Origin: an uncultured delta proteobacterium
GTDB lineage: Bacteria > Desulfobacterota > RBG-13-43-22
DNA length: 64,000 bases
Assembly (NCBI GenBank): GCA_963843145.1
Contig: CAWJJC010000027.1
Span: forward strand, 32,001-96,000
Direction: 5' to 3'
In this document: positions 18,714 through 28,854 of the stretch, piece after piece
How the letters are laid out: each line of letters begins with the position of its first letter
Position numbering within the stretch: position 1 is the stretch's first letter
The notes under the pieces: model-generated
Told to the model about the DNA's origin: nothing
Database searches by the model: none
What the model saw: only the letters and a program-made list of their open reading frames with translations
Position numbers and translations under genes: made by a program

Positions 18714-19538
18714 CTATTTTACCGCCCCGGCCGAAAGACCGCTGACGATTTTTCTTTGAAACAAGAGGACCATGAGGACCAGGGGAACCGAGGCGACCAC
18801 CGAGGCGGCGGCGATCTCCCCCCAGGGAACGGTATATTGGCCCTGGAAAAGAGCGATTCCGACCGGGAGGGTCTGGTAGGCCCGCTCGGTCATGACCAGG
18901 AGGGCGAAGAAAAACTCGTTCCAGGCGTAGATGAAAACCAGAATGGCCGCCGTGGAGACTCCGGGGAGACACAGAGGGACCATGATCCGAAAAAGGGTCT
19001 GGAGTCGGGTACACCCATCCACCCGGGCCGCATCCTCCAAGTCCGTGGGCAGTTCTTTGAAAAAGCCGGCCAGGATCCAGACGGCCAGGGGGAGGGTCAA
19101 GGTGACATAGGGGATGATCAACCCCTGGTAGGTGTTCAGCCAGTTCAGACGCCGCAGGATCGACCAGACCGGCCCGGCGATCGATATCTGAGGAAACATG
19201 GACACCAACAAGAGGCCCCCCATGATCCACCCGCGGTGGGGGAGGCGGAGACGGGCCAGGGCATATCCGGCCAGAGTGGCCAGAGAGATGGTAATCGGGG
19301 TAACCAGACCGGCCACAATCAGGCTGTTCTTGATAAAGTGAAAGAGACCGTAGGTCCAGATGGCCGATCGATAGAGGTCCAGGTTGAAGGCGGCGGGCCA
19401 CCAGGTGGGGGGGCTGGCCGTCACCTCCAAAGGGGATTTCAGGGAAGTGATGAGAAACCAGAAAAACGGGAAAAGACTGAACAGGACCACCAGGACCAAG
19501 GAGGTCCCGAAAAGGAATTTCCCCCTTTTCCGCTTCAC
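18714..19538 (-). CDS. Carbohydrate ABC permease (MalG-like)
   Basis: EDAARVDG EAA loop; WNEFF. Confidence 0.92.
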   Translation of the reverse strand: MKRKRGKFLFGTSLVLVVLFSLFPFFWFLITSLKSPLEVTASPPTWWPAAFNLDLYRSAIWTYGLFHFIKNSLIVAGLVTPITISLATLAGYALARLRLPHRGWIMGGLLLVSMFPQISIAGPVWSILRRLNWLNTYQGLIIPYVTLTLPLAVWILAGFFKELPTDLEDAARVDGCTRLQTLFRIMVPLCLPGVSTAAILVFIYAWNEFFFALLVMTERAYQTLPVGIALFQGQYTVPWGEIAAASVVASVPLVLMVLLFQRKIVSGLSAGAVK

Positions 19539-20452
19539 CGGTCCTCCTGGAAAAGCCTGGTTCCGATGATCCGCAGATAGACCAGGGAGATCAAAAAGAC
19601 GGTCAGAAAAACCAGGACCGAAATGGTGGACCCGTACCCGATAAATCCTTCTCCGAAGATTTTCTTATAGCCGTAAAACTGCAGCACGTTGGTGGCGTCC
19701 GCCGGTCCGCCTTGGGTCATGACAAAGACCAAGTCGAAGACGCGAAAGGCGTCCATGGTCCGAAAGAGAAGGGCTACCAGGATGGCGGGTTTCAACAGGG
19801 GAAGGGTGATTTTCCAGAACTGCTGCCAAGCGGTGGCTCCGTCCATCCGGGACGACTCATAGAGGTCCTCCGGAATGGTCTGGAGACCGGCCAGGATCAG
19901 CAGTGCGGCGAAGGAGGACGTTTTCCAGACATCCGCAACGATAATAGTCAATAGGGCGGTCAGCGGGTCAGCCAACCAGGCCTGATAGCTGCCGACCTGC
20001 TTTCCGTAGAGCAGCAGGTTCAATAATCCGTATTGATCGTTCATGATAAACCGCCACATCTGGGAAGCCACCACGGTGGGAATGGCCCAGGGAATTAAAA
20101 CCGCCGCCCGGCTCCAACCCCGCCCGCGAAAACGTTGGTGGATAAGCAGGGCGATTCCCAAACCCGTCAGCAGTTCCAGAAAGGTGGAACTGAAGACAAA
20201 ACCGAAGGTATTGATCAGTGCCCGAAGGGCCACCGGGTCCTGGAGGAGTTTGCGGTAATTTTGCAGACCCACGAAGGGCGTTCCGAGATGGACGAGGCTC
20301 AGGATCTGGTTGTGCAGGCTCAGATAAAAGGAATAGAAGATAGGATAGAAGGCAAATAGACCCACGAAGATAAAAGTCGGCAGCAACAGAAACCAGCCGA
20401 AAACTTGTTCCCTGATCCTGGGAGTAAGGGGGCGGACGGGCAACGTATTCAC
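19535..20452 (-). CDS. Carbohydrate ABC permease (MalF-like)
   Basis: FVGLQNY; DVWKT; LYESSRMDGA. Confidence 0.92.
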   Translation of the reverse strand: MNTLPVRPLTPRIREQVFGWFLLLPTFIFVGLFAFYPIFYSFYLSLHNQILSLVHLGTPFVGLQNYRKLLQDPVALRALINTFGFVFSSTFLELLTGLGIALLIHQRFRGRGWSRAAVLIPWAIPTVVASQMWRFIMNDQYGLLNLLLYGKQVGSYQAWLADPLTALLTIIVADVWKTSSFAALLILAGLQTIPEDLYESSRMDGATAWQQFWKITLPLLKPAILVALLFRTMDAFRVFDLVFVMTQGGPADATNVLQFYGYKKIFGEGFIGYGSTISVLVFLTVFLISLVYLRIIGTRLFQEDR

Positions 20453-20461
20453 CTGGGTTGG

Positions 20462-21778
20462 TCAGTCTCTTCCCGGCTTAGGGGTCAAGGCCAGCAGATC
20501 GTTGATCTCCCGGCTGGCTGTTTTCATGAGCCCGGGAATATCGGATGAAGGATTGGAAATGGCCTGACTGAAGGTCCGCTGGAGAACATTCGATACCGCC
20601 GGGTAAAGAGGCGTTCGGGGACGCGGAGTAGCGGTCCAGAAAACCTCTTTCATCTCGGCAAATTGCGGGTTGGCCGCCAATATTTGTTCATCCTGATAAA
20701 GGTCCTGCCGGGAGGGGGCTAACCCGGCCTCCACGGCCAGGAGCTTCTGTATCCGCGGGCTGGTTACAAAACGAACGAAGGTCCAGGCCTTTTCCCGGTG
20801 GCGGGAATAACGACTGATTCCGAGTTGCCAGCCACCCAGGGCGGCCACGCTTTTCCCCCCGGGGAAATGGGGCAGCCGGGTAATCCCGACCTGGCCCGCC
20901 ACCCGGGATTTTTGGGGATCGGCGGCGATGCTCCAGGCATAGGGCCAGCTCCTCAAAAAAACCGCCTTCCCTTGAACAAAGGGGGCCAGCGACTCAGGCT
21001 CCTCGTAGGTGAGCACCCCTCGTGAGGCCGCCTGCCCTATCATGCGGTCCCTGACGAAACGGACGGCCTCCAGGGCCGCCTCCCGTTCGAGCAAGCTCCG
21101 GCTACCCGAGGAATCCAGAATCGTTCCCCGGTTACTCTCTATATACTCCAGCAGGTTACAGACCAGTCCCTCGTATTGTTTAAACTGTCCCGAGAAGCCG
21201 GATAGGTCCTGTCCGCGGGCCTTTTCTCCGACTACGATAGCCCGGGCCTGTTCCGCCAACTTATCCCAGGTCTGAGGAGGGCGAAAACCGTATTGCGCCA
21301 ACAGGTCTTTCCGATAGTAGAGGAGCCCGCTGTCGATAAACACCGGCACTCCGTAGCATTTCCCCTCGAAGGTATTGGCCAGGATGGTAGCGGGAATGAA
21401 TTGCTTTTGCTCTTCCGGAGGAAAAAGGGAATCCAAGGGCTCGGCCCAGCCGGCCGAGGCGAATTCAGGAGGCCAGATTACATCCATAAAAAAAACGTCC
21501 AGCCCGGGGTCGCGATTTTTTAGTTTCTGGGTGAGCAGGTCATGGTAGGCACTTGTGGAATGAGGCCCTGTTTCCCGGTCCACTTTCAACCCGGGATGCT
21601 CGTGCTCAAATAATCCGATAATCTTGTCCCAAACTTCGGGGTTGTTGGGCTTCCAGGTTACGAAACGGATATTATTTCCCTCTGGGCCGGTCTCCCGGCC
21701 GCAGTCCGCCGTCATTAAAAGTCCCAGGACGATAATGAGGAATGGGATTGCCCGCCAAGGACCGAGTTTTAGAAACAT
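20462..21778 (-). CDS. Sugar ABC substrate-binding lipoprotein (trehalose/maltose-binding-like)
   Basis: DVFFMDVIW, LYYRKDLL, QYEGLVC, LGGWQL and PRPRTPLY motifs. Confidence 0.88.
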   Translation of the reverse strand: MFLKLGPWRAIPFLIIVLGLLMTADCGRETGPEGNNIRFVTWKPNNPEVWDKIIGLFEHEHPGLKVDRETGPHSTSAYHDLLTQKLKNRDPGLDVFFMDVIWPPEFASAGWAEPLDSLFPPEEQKQFIPATILANTFEGKCYGVPVFIDSGLLYYRKDLLAQYGFRPPQTWDKLAEQARAIVVGEKARGQDLSGFSGQFKQYEGLVCNLLEYIESNRGTILDSSGSRSLLEREAALEAVRFVRDRMIGQAASRGVLTYEEPESLAPFVQGKAVFLRSWPYAWSIAADPQKSRVAGQVGITRLPHFPGGKSVAALGGWQLGISRYSRHREKAWTFVRFVTSPRIQKLLAVEAGLAPSRQDLYQDEQILAANPQFAEMKEVFWTATPRPRTPLYPAVSNVLQRTFSQAISNPSSDIPGLMKTASREINDLLALTPKPGRD

Positions 21779-22158
21779 TGCCCCTCCTGCTATTACCCTG
21801 CCTGGAAATTTGACCTCCGGCAGCGACCCCCATTTTGGAATCGAATGTTTTCCCGCCCTGAGGGACGGGTCATCGCCAGGGATTGAGGGATTCTGATGAA
21901 AAGAATGAATAAAGGCCTGGAACTCAACATATCAAAATTCGTTCAGGAATTCAAGGTCCCCCGGGTTTATAAGCCAAATCGAGAGACCCTTAATAGCTTT
22001 TCTCTTTCCCCTGGAAGCTAAAAGTTTGATAAAAGATGTTGACATTTGGAAGCAGACTGCGGTACAAAAGAACTCACCTGAAGTGGTTCGGTTATACCCC
22101 TTAGTTCCATCCGGGACTTGTTCCCGAAAAAAATAAAACAACCCAAAATAGATGCGCC

Positions 22159-22473
22159 ATGACCGATATAGGGGATGTCATCCTGGTCTATATCGAGGAC
22201 AAACCGGCTTTTTTCGGCCGGGTTGAGGACGTGATTCCGGATATTAAACCGGGATGGCTGCGTTTAAAATTTCTGATTCTCCAGGTCCCTCCAACTTTGG
22301 GGGAATGGATTTTAAGATCGGAATATGTCCAGGGAAATGAATTTTCCATGGGCGGACGGACGATTAGAATCGAGAAGGTCGTTGCTCCGGTCGAGATTCA
22401 GGAACCGGAACCCGAACCGGAATCGACCGGATCAAAAAAAATAATTCCACTTCGGAAAAGACGAAAACTTTGA
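22159..22473 (+). CDS. Hypothetical protein
   Basis: 104-aa ORF with plausible composition, co-oriented with the next gene. Confidence 0.65.
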   Translation: MTDIGDVILVYIEDKPAFFGRVEDVIPDIKPGWLRLKFLILQVPPTLGEWILRSEYVQGNEFSMGGRTIRIEKVVAPVEIQEPEPEPESTGSKKIIPLRKRRKL

Positions 22474-22491
22474 AGGACTTTTGATAATTTC

Positions 22492-23244
22492 ATGAAAGAC
22501 TTAATCGAACAGGCCAAAATTTTTCGCCAGACCCTGGGAATTAAATCCGGCCCGGTGGCTATCCGGATTATCACCAACTTGGAAGAAACGCCCGTGGTCT
22601 TTAAAAAGCCGGAGAAACCGCTGCCCAGCATCTGTTTCGCGGTTATGGAAGCCTTTAAAGGGAAGGGCTTATTAGTCGGCAAGGGCGATATCGGTTGCAC
22701 CATGGGGCTGACGGCCTTGGGATTCAAAAAGGAATCGAAAAAAGTGGCCCGTAAACAAACCGTTCAAATGGGGGTTTTTGGGAACCAGGAGGCCGCGCAG
22801 AAGTATTTTGCCGATGGAAACCAGGTTCCTCCCGGACGGACCCAAGCCCTGGTCTTAAGTCCTCTGGAAAAGGCCGTGTTGGGCGTAGATGTCTGTTTGT
22901 TCCGGATGACTTCCGACCAAGCCAAATGGTTGTTGATGGCCAACCAGTACCTGACCGGCGAACGTCATAATCTAAAGGTCGGTACCGGTTACCAGGGGGT
23001 CTGCGGAGATGTTATCGCCTATCCCTACCTGAAAAAAAGGATCAACCTCACCTTAAACGGAGTAGGGGACCGTATTCCTCAAGCCCTGGGGAAAAACGAG
23101 ATCTTTGTGGGTGTGCCCGGGGAGTTATTGGAAGCTATGGCCGTCAATTTGACTGAAATCTACAAGAAGCCGATTTTTAAACAACAGCGATCGGCGAAGA
23201 ATCCGCAGAGAATCGTTCCTTCGCGTACCGGGCCCCGCTCTTAA
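22492..23244 (+). CDS. DUF169 family protein
   Basis: PVAIRI...ICF...GC..G...VCGD...PY pattern. Confidence 0.7.
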   Translation: MKDLIEQAKIFRQTLGIKSGPVAIRIITNLEETPVVFKKPEKPLPSICFAVMEAFKGKGLLVGKGDIGCTMGLTALGFKKESKKVARKQTVQMGVFGNQEAAQKYFADGNQVPPGRTQALVLSPLEKAVLGVDVCLFRMTSDQAKWLLMANQYLTGERHNLKVGTGYQGVCGDVIAYPYLKKRINLTLNGVGDRIPQALGKNEIFVGVPGELLEAMAVNLTEIYKKPIFKQQRSAKNPQRIVPSRTGPRS

Positions 23245-23746
23245 GCGCCCTAATATTTTTCTCCAAACCTTCCTCCTTAAAATAGTGGGCTAAGGCGGCG
23301 GCTAGTGATCGCAGGGATACCTGCCCGGTTAAAGCGGACAAGGCCCCCAAAGCCACCATATTGGCGGATTGCGGATGTCCGGTGCTCTCCGTGGACAGTC
23401 GGGCCAGGGGAAGGGCCACCTGGGGGACCGGGGGCACTTCCTTCACCAGTTCCGAGTCAACCAGGAGTAGTCCTTGCGGCTTGAGGGCCGGGAAATTTTC
23501 ATCCAAGGCCGCCTGATTCAGGGCCAGCAGGGTATCGAGGCGCAGGGCCTTGGGGTAATCGATTTCCTGGTCGCTGATGATGATATCGGAACGGCTGTTG
23601 GTGCCCCGAGCCTCCGGACCGTAATTCTGCGACTGGACCACCTGTTTCTTTTCCCCGAAGGCGATCGCCTCGGCCAGGATCATTCCGGCCAGGATTAAGC
23701 CCTGGCCGCCGGTACCGCTCAATCGAATTTCATATCGGGAGAACAT
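23177..23746 (-). CDS. korC: 2-oxoacid:ferredoxin oxidoreductase gamma subunit
   Basis: GTGGQG, YGPEARG and NMVALGA. Confidence 0.9.
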   Translation of the reverse strand: MFSRYEIRLSGTGGQGLILAGMILAEAIAFGEKKQVVQSQNYGPEARGTNSRSDIIISDQEIDYPKALRLDTLLALNQAALDENFPALKPQGLLLVDSELVKEVPPVPQVALPLARLSTESTGHPQSANMVALGALSALTGQVSLRSLAAALAHYFKEEGLEKNIRALKSGARYAKERFSADSSPIAVV

Positions 23747-24569
23747 GGGTCTTGGCGTATTCCTTCACTTTTTCATACTCATCCAGAAAGTTCGGTAATT
23801 CCTTGTCCACCAGCACCCCGATGGTAAATTTATCGATCAGCTCTCCGGGTTTGAGTTCCCCGGCCTTCTCCACCGGAACCGCCTGGTCCCGCTGCCACTG
23901 CATCATCTCCACCGTGCTCCCCAGGCGGTTCTTCCGGCCGTAATAGGTCGGGCACTGGGTGATAATCTCCACCAGGGAAAATCCCTTTTTTCGCAGTCCT
24001 TTCTCCAGCAGTTGATGCAGCAGTTGGGCGTGATAAGCCGTTCCCCGGGCCACAAAAACCGCCCCGGCGGTCACGGCCAGTTCGGAAATATTGAAAGCCG
24101 GTTCAATATTGTGCCGGGTGGTAGTAGTGGCCCGCATCCCGTACGGTGTGGCCGGAGAATGCTGGCCCCCGGTCATGCCGAAGATGCTGTTGTTGATGAT
24201 CAGGGCGGTCAGATCGATGTTGCGGCGGGCGGCATGGATGAAATGATTTCCGCCGATAGCCAGGGCATCTCCATCGCCCATGATGACAATGACTTTCAGG
24301 GCGGGTTTGGCCAGCTTGATTCCGGTGGCAAAGGTCAGCGCCCGTCCGTGAGTGGTATGCAGGGTATTGAAATCGGCGTAGACGCTCATCCGTCCCGAGC
24401 AGCCGATCCCGGAGACCAGCACGATCTCATCCTTGGCGTATTTCAAATCGTCGATAGCCCGAATCAGCGCCCCCAGGACAATCCCGTTCCCGCAGCCCGG
24501 GCACCAGAGATGCGGAAATTTTTTGTCGTGACGCAGGTAGTGGTGAATGAGTTTGGTGATCTCCGCCAT
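23730..24569 (-). CDS. korB: 2-oxoacid:ferredoxin oxidoreductase beta subunit
   Basis: WCPGCG, SGIGCS, HTTHGR and GDGD TPP motif. Confidence 0.93.
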   Translation of the reverse strand: MAEITKLIHHYLRHDKKFPHLWCPGCGNGIVLGALIRAIDDLKYAKDEIVLVSGIGCSGRMSVYADFNTLHTTHGRALTFATGIKLAKPALKVIVIMGDGDALAIGGNHFIHAARRNIDLTALIINNSIFGMTGGQHSPATPYGMRATTTTRHNIEPAFNISELAVTAGAVFVARGTAYHAQLLHQLLEKGLRKKGFSLVEIITQCPTYYGRKNRLGSTVEMMQWQRDQAVPVEKAGELKPGELIDKFTIGVLVDKELPNFLDEYEKVKEYAKTHVLPI

Positions 24570-24573
24570 GGTG

Positions 24574-25728
24574 CTATTCGCCGATCATTTTCTGCAGGAT
24601 TTCCCGGGGCTGGATCAGGGTCCCGTCATATTTATTCAGGGTCAACACCCGGCACCGGCCCCGGTTTACCCGTTTCACCTCCCGGGACATTTGACCCCAG
24701 TTCATCTCCGGAACAATCAATACCCGGGCAGTGCCGGTGATCCGCTCCACGGCCGCCCGAGGAAAAGGAAACAGGGTGATCAATTTCAGGAGCCCGGCTT
24801 TAATGCCCCGTTCGCGGGCCAGGCGGACGGCATGAAGGGCGGAGCGGGCCACCGATCCGTAGGCGATCACCACCTGCTCGGCATCCTCCACCCGGTAGTC
24901 TTCCACCCACAGGATGTCCAGCAGGTTTTCGCTGATTTTCTGTCGGAGCCGGTTTTGAAAGGCGGTCACCTCTTCGGGCCGGTTGGTGGGAAAGCCCCGG
25001 ACATCATGGATCAGCCCCGTCACGTGGTATCGGTAGCCTTCCCCGAAAGGGCTCATGGCCGGCACCAACCGTCCTTTGGTTTCGTAGGGAACGAACCATT
25101 CCGGAGGCACCGTGGGTTTCAGGCGATCGTAGACCGGCAAGTCCTCCGGGTGGGGAGTAGTGAAGGTTTCCCGGGTATGAGCCACCACCTCGTCGGAAAG
25201 AATAATGACCGGGGTGCGATATTTCTCCGATAGATTGAAGGCTTGATGGGTGACCCGGTAACAGTCCAGGGTGGTGGAGACCGAAAGGACAATAATCGGA
25301 TGATCGCCGTGAGTTCCCCAGCGGGCCTGAAGCACATCCCCCTGGGCCGGGCTGGTAGGAAGCCCGGTGCTGGGACCGCCACGCATGACATTGATGATCA
25401 CGCAGGGCACTTCGGCCACACAGGCGTAGCCCAAGTTTTCCTGGATCAGCGAAAAACCCGGCCCACTGGTGGCGGTCATGGCCTTGACTCCGGCCAGTGA
25501 AGCCCCAATCACCGCCCCCAATCCGGCAATTTCGTCCTCCATTTGGATGAATACCCCGTCCAGGGCCGGCATCCGTCGGGACATCCCTTCCAGGATTTCC
25601 GTGGCCGGACTGATCGGATACCCGGCGAAGAAACGGCAGCCTGCGGCCAAGGCTCCTTCGACCATGGCCTGGTTTCCCTGCCAGAATACTAACTTAGGGG
25701 GTTTGGGTTTCTTTGTCCGGGTTGGCAA
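24574..25728 (-). CDS. korA: 2-oxoacid:ferredoxin oxidoreductase alpha subunit
   Basis: GYPISPATE, QMEDE, TATSGPG and RGGPSTG; probable TTG start. Confidence 0.92.
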   Translation of the reverse strand: MPTRTKKPKPPKLVFWQGNQAMVEGALAAGCRFFAGYPISPATEILEGMSRRMPALDGVFIQMEDEIAGLGAVIGASLAGVKAMTATSGPGFSLIQENLGYACVAEVPCVIINVMRGGPSTGLPTSPAQGDVLQARWGTHGDHPIIVLSVSTTLDCYRVTHQAFNLSEKYRTPVIILSDEVVAHTRETFTTPHPEDLPVYDRLKPTVPPEWFVPYETKGRLVPAMSPFGEGYRYHVTGLIHDVRGFPTNRPEEVTAFQNRLRQKISENLLDILWVEDYRVEDAEQVVIAYGSVARSALHAVRLARERGIKAGLLKLITLFPFPRAAVERITGTARVLIVPEMNWGQMSREVKRVNRGRCRVLTLNKYDGTLIQPREILQKMIGE

Positions 25729-25945
25729 TGTCCTGGACCTCGATGGCAAAATCAGGGCAGCGAAGTTCACATAACCGGCAGCCGATACACAACGTCGGAT
25801 CAGCCACGTAGGGGAAACCCTCGGCATCCCGCTGGAGCGCACCTTTGGGGCAAAAAGCGGTACAGATCCCGCAATTCTTGCACCAGGATTTATAAATATT
25901 TACGCGGTGGGGCTTAGCCTTTTGTTTGGGTTCGATGGCAGTCAT
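25694..25945 (-). CDS. korD: 2x[4Fe-4S] ferredoxin delta subunit
   Basis: CKNCGIC...CP and CIGCRLC...CP. Confidence 0.9.
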   Translation of the reverse strand: MTAIEPKQKAKPHRVNIYKSWCKNCGICTAFCPKGALQRDAEGFPYVADPTLCIGCRLCELRCPDFAIEVQDIANPDKETQTP

Positions 25946-26119
25946 GGGCGCCCTGAGTATTAAGTTTAAGGGGATTGGAGATGGAAGTCAATAGCCGCCC
26001 CTGGTAAACCGCGATTTCTGTGTCATCTTAGGGAACACTGTATCTTAAAAAGTCAGTCTCCTTTTTCCCCGCAGGACTCTCCGTACCTATAATATCAATA
26101 AGTTATCTAAATTATTTCC

Positions 26120-26134
26120 TGGCATCAAATTTGA
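26120..26134 (+). promoter_or_regulatory. Putative sigma54 (-24/-12) promoter for the porin gene
   Basis: TGGCAT-N5-TTGA upstream of the porin, preceded by an AT-rich IHF-like tract. Confidence 0.55.
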
Positions 26135-26261
26135 TATAGAACGCTTCAATAATCAAGCCGATTTAATCAACCGGCAAGGGGGTGATCAAAAAGGTGGCAG
26201 GGTAAATTTAAGTTAGCGCAAGAATAGAAAAGGTCCAGTTATTTATTTGAAAGGAGAAGAG

Positions 26262-27629
26262 ATGCAGTTAAGAAAATTTTTGATCGGGTGGGTTGGCGCC
26301 CTTTTTTTCTTAGGGCTGACGGCCGGCACTGATACCGGTTACGCCCAGTCCAACCAGGAAGTCATGGAGAAGATCGATAAACTGCAAAAGGTGATTGAGA
26401 ACCAGCAGATCGAAATCCAGAAACTCCAGCAACAATTAAACAACAAACTGGATAGCTCCAAGGCCGATTCCCTGAAAGAAGAACTTCAGGCCTCGGTGAA
26501 GAAAGAGGTGAAGGAAGAAACCGGCAAATTTCAGTTGCCGGAGTGGACCAAACGAATTACCTTCAGCGGGGATTTGCGGCTGCGCTGGGAAGACCGGCAG
26601 GAACTGAAGAGTTACACCCAGGATCCCAAAACCTCGAAATTTAGGGAAACTTCGACCTATAAACGCGACCAGTTCCGCTTCCGTCTACGCCTGGTCTTTG
26701 ACGCCAAGCTGTCGGATGAGTTCAACGCCGTGGCCTCCTTCGGTTCCAGTTCGCCGTTGTCCGGAACCACGGATAATAACACCACGGTTTCCAACGCCAC
26801 TTTCACCAATGAGTTTAACCAAAAGCCGAATTTTATCCTCCTGGCTTATGCCCGCTACCAGCCCAAGTGGTTGGAAGGCCTGCAGTTTTACGGTGGAAAG
26901 TTCAAACCCCCCTGGGTGCAAACGGATATGTTCTTTGATCCGGACACCGCCGTAGAAGGTTTTTATGAGGGCTATAAGTTCAGCAAGTTTAAACCCTTTC
27001 AACCCTTTGCCAACCTGGGCCAGTTTGTGGTCAACGAGGTATCCACCAGCGCGGATGCGATGATGTACCTCTATCAGCTCGGGTTCGAATCAGATTTCGA
27101 TGTGGCTAAAGTCACCCTGGCCGGATCGTATTACGACTGGCGGGATTTGGGCAGCTCGCGGATCGGGTCCACGGCCTTCGGCGGGGGCTTCGGAAACACC
27201 ATTAACAGCGCCGGCGTCCTGACCTTCGATTACAAGATCACGGACCTGATCGGGTTCTTCGATTTTAAAATTGGGAAATTTCCTGTGCGCCTATTTGGCG
27301 AGTATACCAAGAACAATGCCGATAAAGTCAAATACAACACCGCCTGGAATGCCGGATTCAGATTCGGCAAAACGCAAAAACCCGGGGACTGGGAGTTCTA
27401 CTACCAGCACGCCTATATCGAGAACGATGCGGTGGTGGGGGCCTTTTCCGACGGCGACTTTTACTTCGCCAACCGGGAAGGGGACAAGTTCATGTTTACC
27501 TACCGCCTGCTGAAGTTCCTGGACTTCCGGGCTACCTATTTCATCACCGACGTGGTCAACAAGACTTCGTCCAAACCCAATGGGGATCCGGACCAGCGGT
27601 TCCAGTCGGACTTCATCTGGCGCTGGTAG
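26262..27629 (+). CDS. Putative porin with N-terminal coiled coil
   Basis: Signal peptide, coiled coil, FSGDLRLRWE...RFRLRL barrel start, terminal W. Confidence 0.8.
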   Translation: MQLRKFLIGWVGALFFLGLTAGTDTGYAQSNQEVMEKIDKLQKVIENQQIEIQKLQQQLNNKLDSSKADSLKEELQASVKKEVKEETGKFQLPEWTKRITFSGDLRLRWEDRQELKSYTQDPKTSKFRETSTYKRDQFRFRLRLVFDAKLSDEFNAVASFGSSSPLSGTTDNNTTVSNATFTNEFNQKPNFILLAYARYQPKWLEGLQFYGGKFKPPWVQTDMFFDPDTAVEGFYEGYKFSKFKPFQPFANLGQFVVNEVSTSADAMMYLYQLGFESDFDVAKVTLAGSYYDWRDLGSSRIGSTAFGGGFGNTINSAGVLTFDYKITDLIGFFDFKIGKFPVRLFGEYTKNNADKVKYNTAWNAGFRFGKTQKPGDWEFYYQHAYIENDAVVGAFSDGDFYFANREGDKFMFTYRLLKFLDFRATYFITDVVNKTSSKPNGDPDQRFQSDFIWRW

Positions 27630-27679
27630 TTTAAGCCTGATTCAGGGTCTCGGGATGGTTATCCGAGGCCCGGCAAGCA

Positions 27680-27706
27680 GAACGGGGGGCCATTGGCCCC
27701 CCGTTC
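27680..27706. terminator. Hairpin, probable terminator between convergent genes
   Basis: gaacggggggcc-att-ggccccccgttc perfect stem. Confidence 0.7.
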
Positions 27707-27753
27707 CATTGATAATTGACCATTGATAATTGACCATTGATTATTGATTATTA
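27707..27753. repeat. AT-rich heptamer tandem repeat (NATTGAY)n
   Basis: cattgat aattgac cattgat aattgac cattgat tattgat; relatives near 34491, 38911, 47124, 48671, 54543 and 57032. Confidence 0.8.
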
Positions 27754-27772
27754 AATCTGCCAACAGGTGGGT

Positions 27773-28759
27773 TCACCTGGCTTTAGTGATCTCTTCCGCC
27801 ACCCCGGTTTGCTCGGCCAGGACACTGGCCGCCCTGCCCCAGTCCACCTGAGCGGTCAGTCCTTTTTTTTGGGCCAGCTCCTGGGCATAGTCCCAATAGG
27901 AAAGTGGCAGTTGGTAGACGTTGGGATGGACTTCCAAAAATACTTTTTTATCGGGAGTCTGCGCCAATTTAATCGGCTCGTAAATAATCGAAATGGGAAT
28001 TCCCGACTTAACATGGGGAAACATCTCGGCAATATCCTCGGGGAGCATCCGGATGCAGCCGTGGGACGTGGAGTGGCCGATGCTTTCCGGCCAAATGGTG
28101 GAATGGATCCCATACCCGGCCGCGGAAAGGGGCAACCAGTACTCTCCTAGAGGATTATCCGGCCCGGGGGGAACCTTTTCCACCACCAGCTTGCCTTCTT
28201 TTTGCATCTCTTCCTGGATGGATTGGGGAACGGTCCAGGTGGGATTCTTGAATTTGCCGATAATGGTAAAATGGCCGCGGGGAGTCGGCCAATCCGGGCG
28301 ACCGATGGCCACCGGGTAGCGTTTAATCAGGTTTCCATTGGCGAACAGGTAGATCATATGGCCCGGAAGATTCAACAACAGTCCTTCGGCAACGGCGGAT
28401 TGAGGGAAAATATGACGGTTGTTTACCCGCAGGGTCTTGCCAATGGAGAGAGCAAAGGGGGGTTGAAGTTCGTTGGTTCGGGCCAGGTATTCCCAGCGCT
28501 GCCCTAAACGACCGGCGATGGCATACAGGGAGTCGCGGTTCCGGGTTCGGTAGGACCACTCTCCCCCCTGGATCTGTGACCAGGAAATAGCCGTATTCCC
28601 GTAGGCGCGGGGCAGGCCCAGGGCACCCAGAGCGAAAAGGAAGAAAACCAACCCAAAATAGTGGATTCTTTGGTTGGAAATCTGAAACGATCCTGTTTTG
28701 ATCATCTTAAATAGATTAATAAAACCCTTTTCTTTTTCTGTCAAGCCACGAATATCCAT
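27773..28759 (-). CDS. L,D-transpeptidase with LysM domain (ErfK/YbiS family); start uncertain
   Basis: YPVAIG, NPLG and YGIHST...SHGCIRM; LysM-like DSLYAIA. Confidence 0.9.
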   Translation of the reverse strand: MDIRGLTEKEKGFINLFKMIKTGSFQISNQRIHYFGLVFFLFALGALGLPRAYGNTAISWSQIQGGEWSYRTRNRDSLYAIAGRLGQRWEYLARTNELQPPFALSIGKTLRVNNRHIFPQSAVAEGLLLNLPGHMIYLFANGNLIKRYPVAIGRPDWPTPRGHFTIIGKFKNPTWTVPQSIQEEMQKEGKLVVEKVPPGPDNPLGEYWLPLSAAGYGIHSTIWPESIGHSTSHGCIRMLPEDIAEMFPHVKSGIPISIIYEPIKLAQTPDKKVFLEVHPNVYQLPLSYWDYAQELAQKKGLTAQVDWGRAASVLAEQTGVAEEITKAR

Positions 28760-28854
28760 TTGACCGCCGGATCAATCTCCATTACTATTATTATCGAAAA
28801 AAGGCCCCCCCCACTTAAACCGGAAATGATCACCCCAAGAGCAGGAGTCATCAG

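Noticed and set aside
18706-19401. Long N-terminal extension of the 587-aa MalK ORF
   Set aside because: It overlaps the permease gene in another frame; the real start has its own RBS at 18705.
23177-23244. 68-bp convergent overlap of the DUF169 gene and korC
   Set aside because: Involves low-complexity C-terminal tails; no sign of function.
27707-27753. Tandem repeats as a CRISPR array
   Set aside because: 7-bp units without unique spacers; no cas genes in the window.
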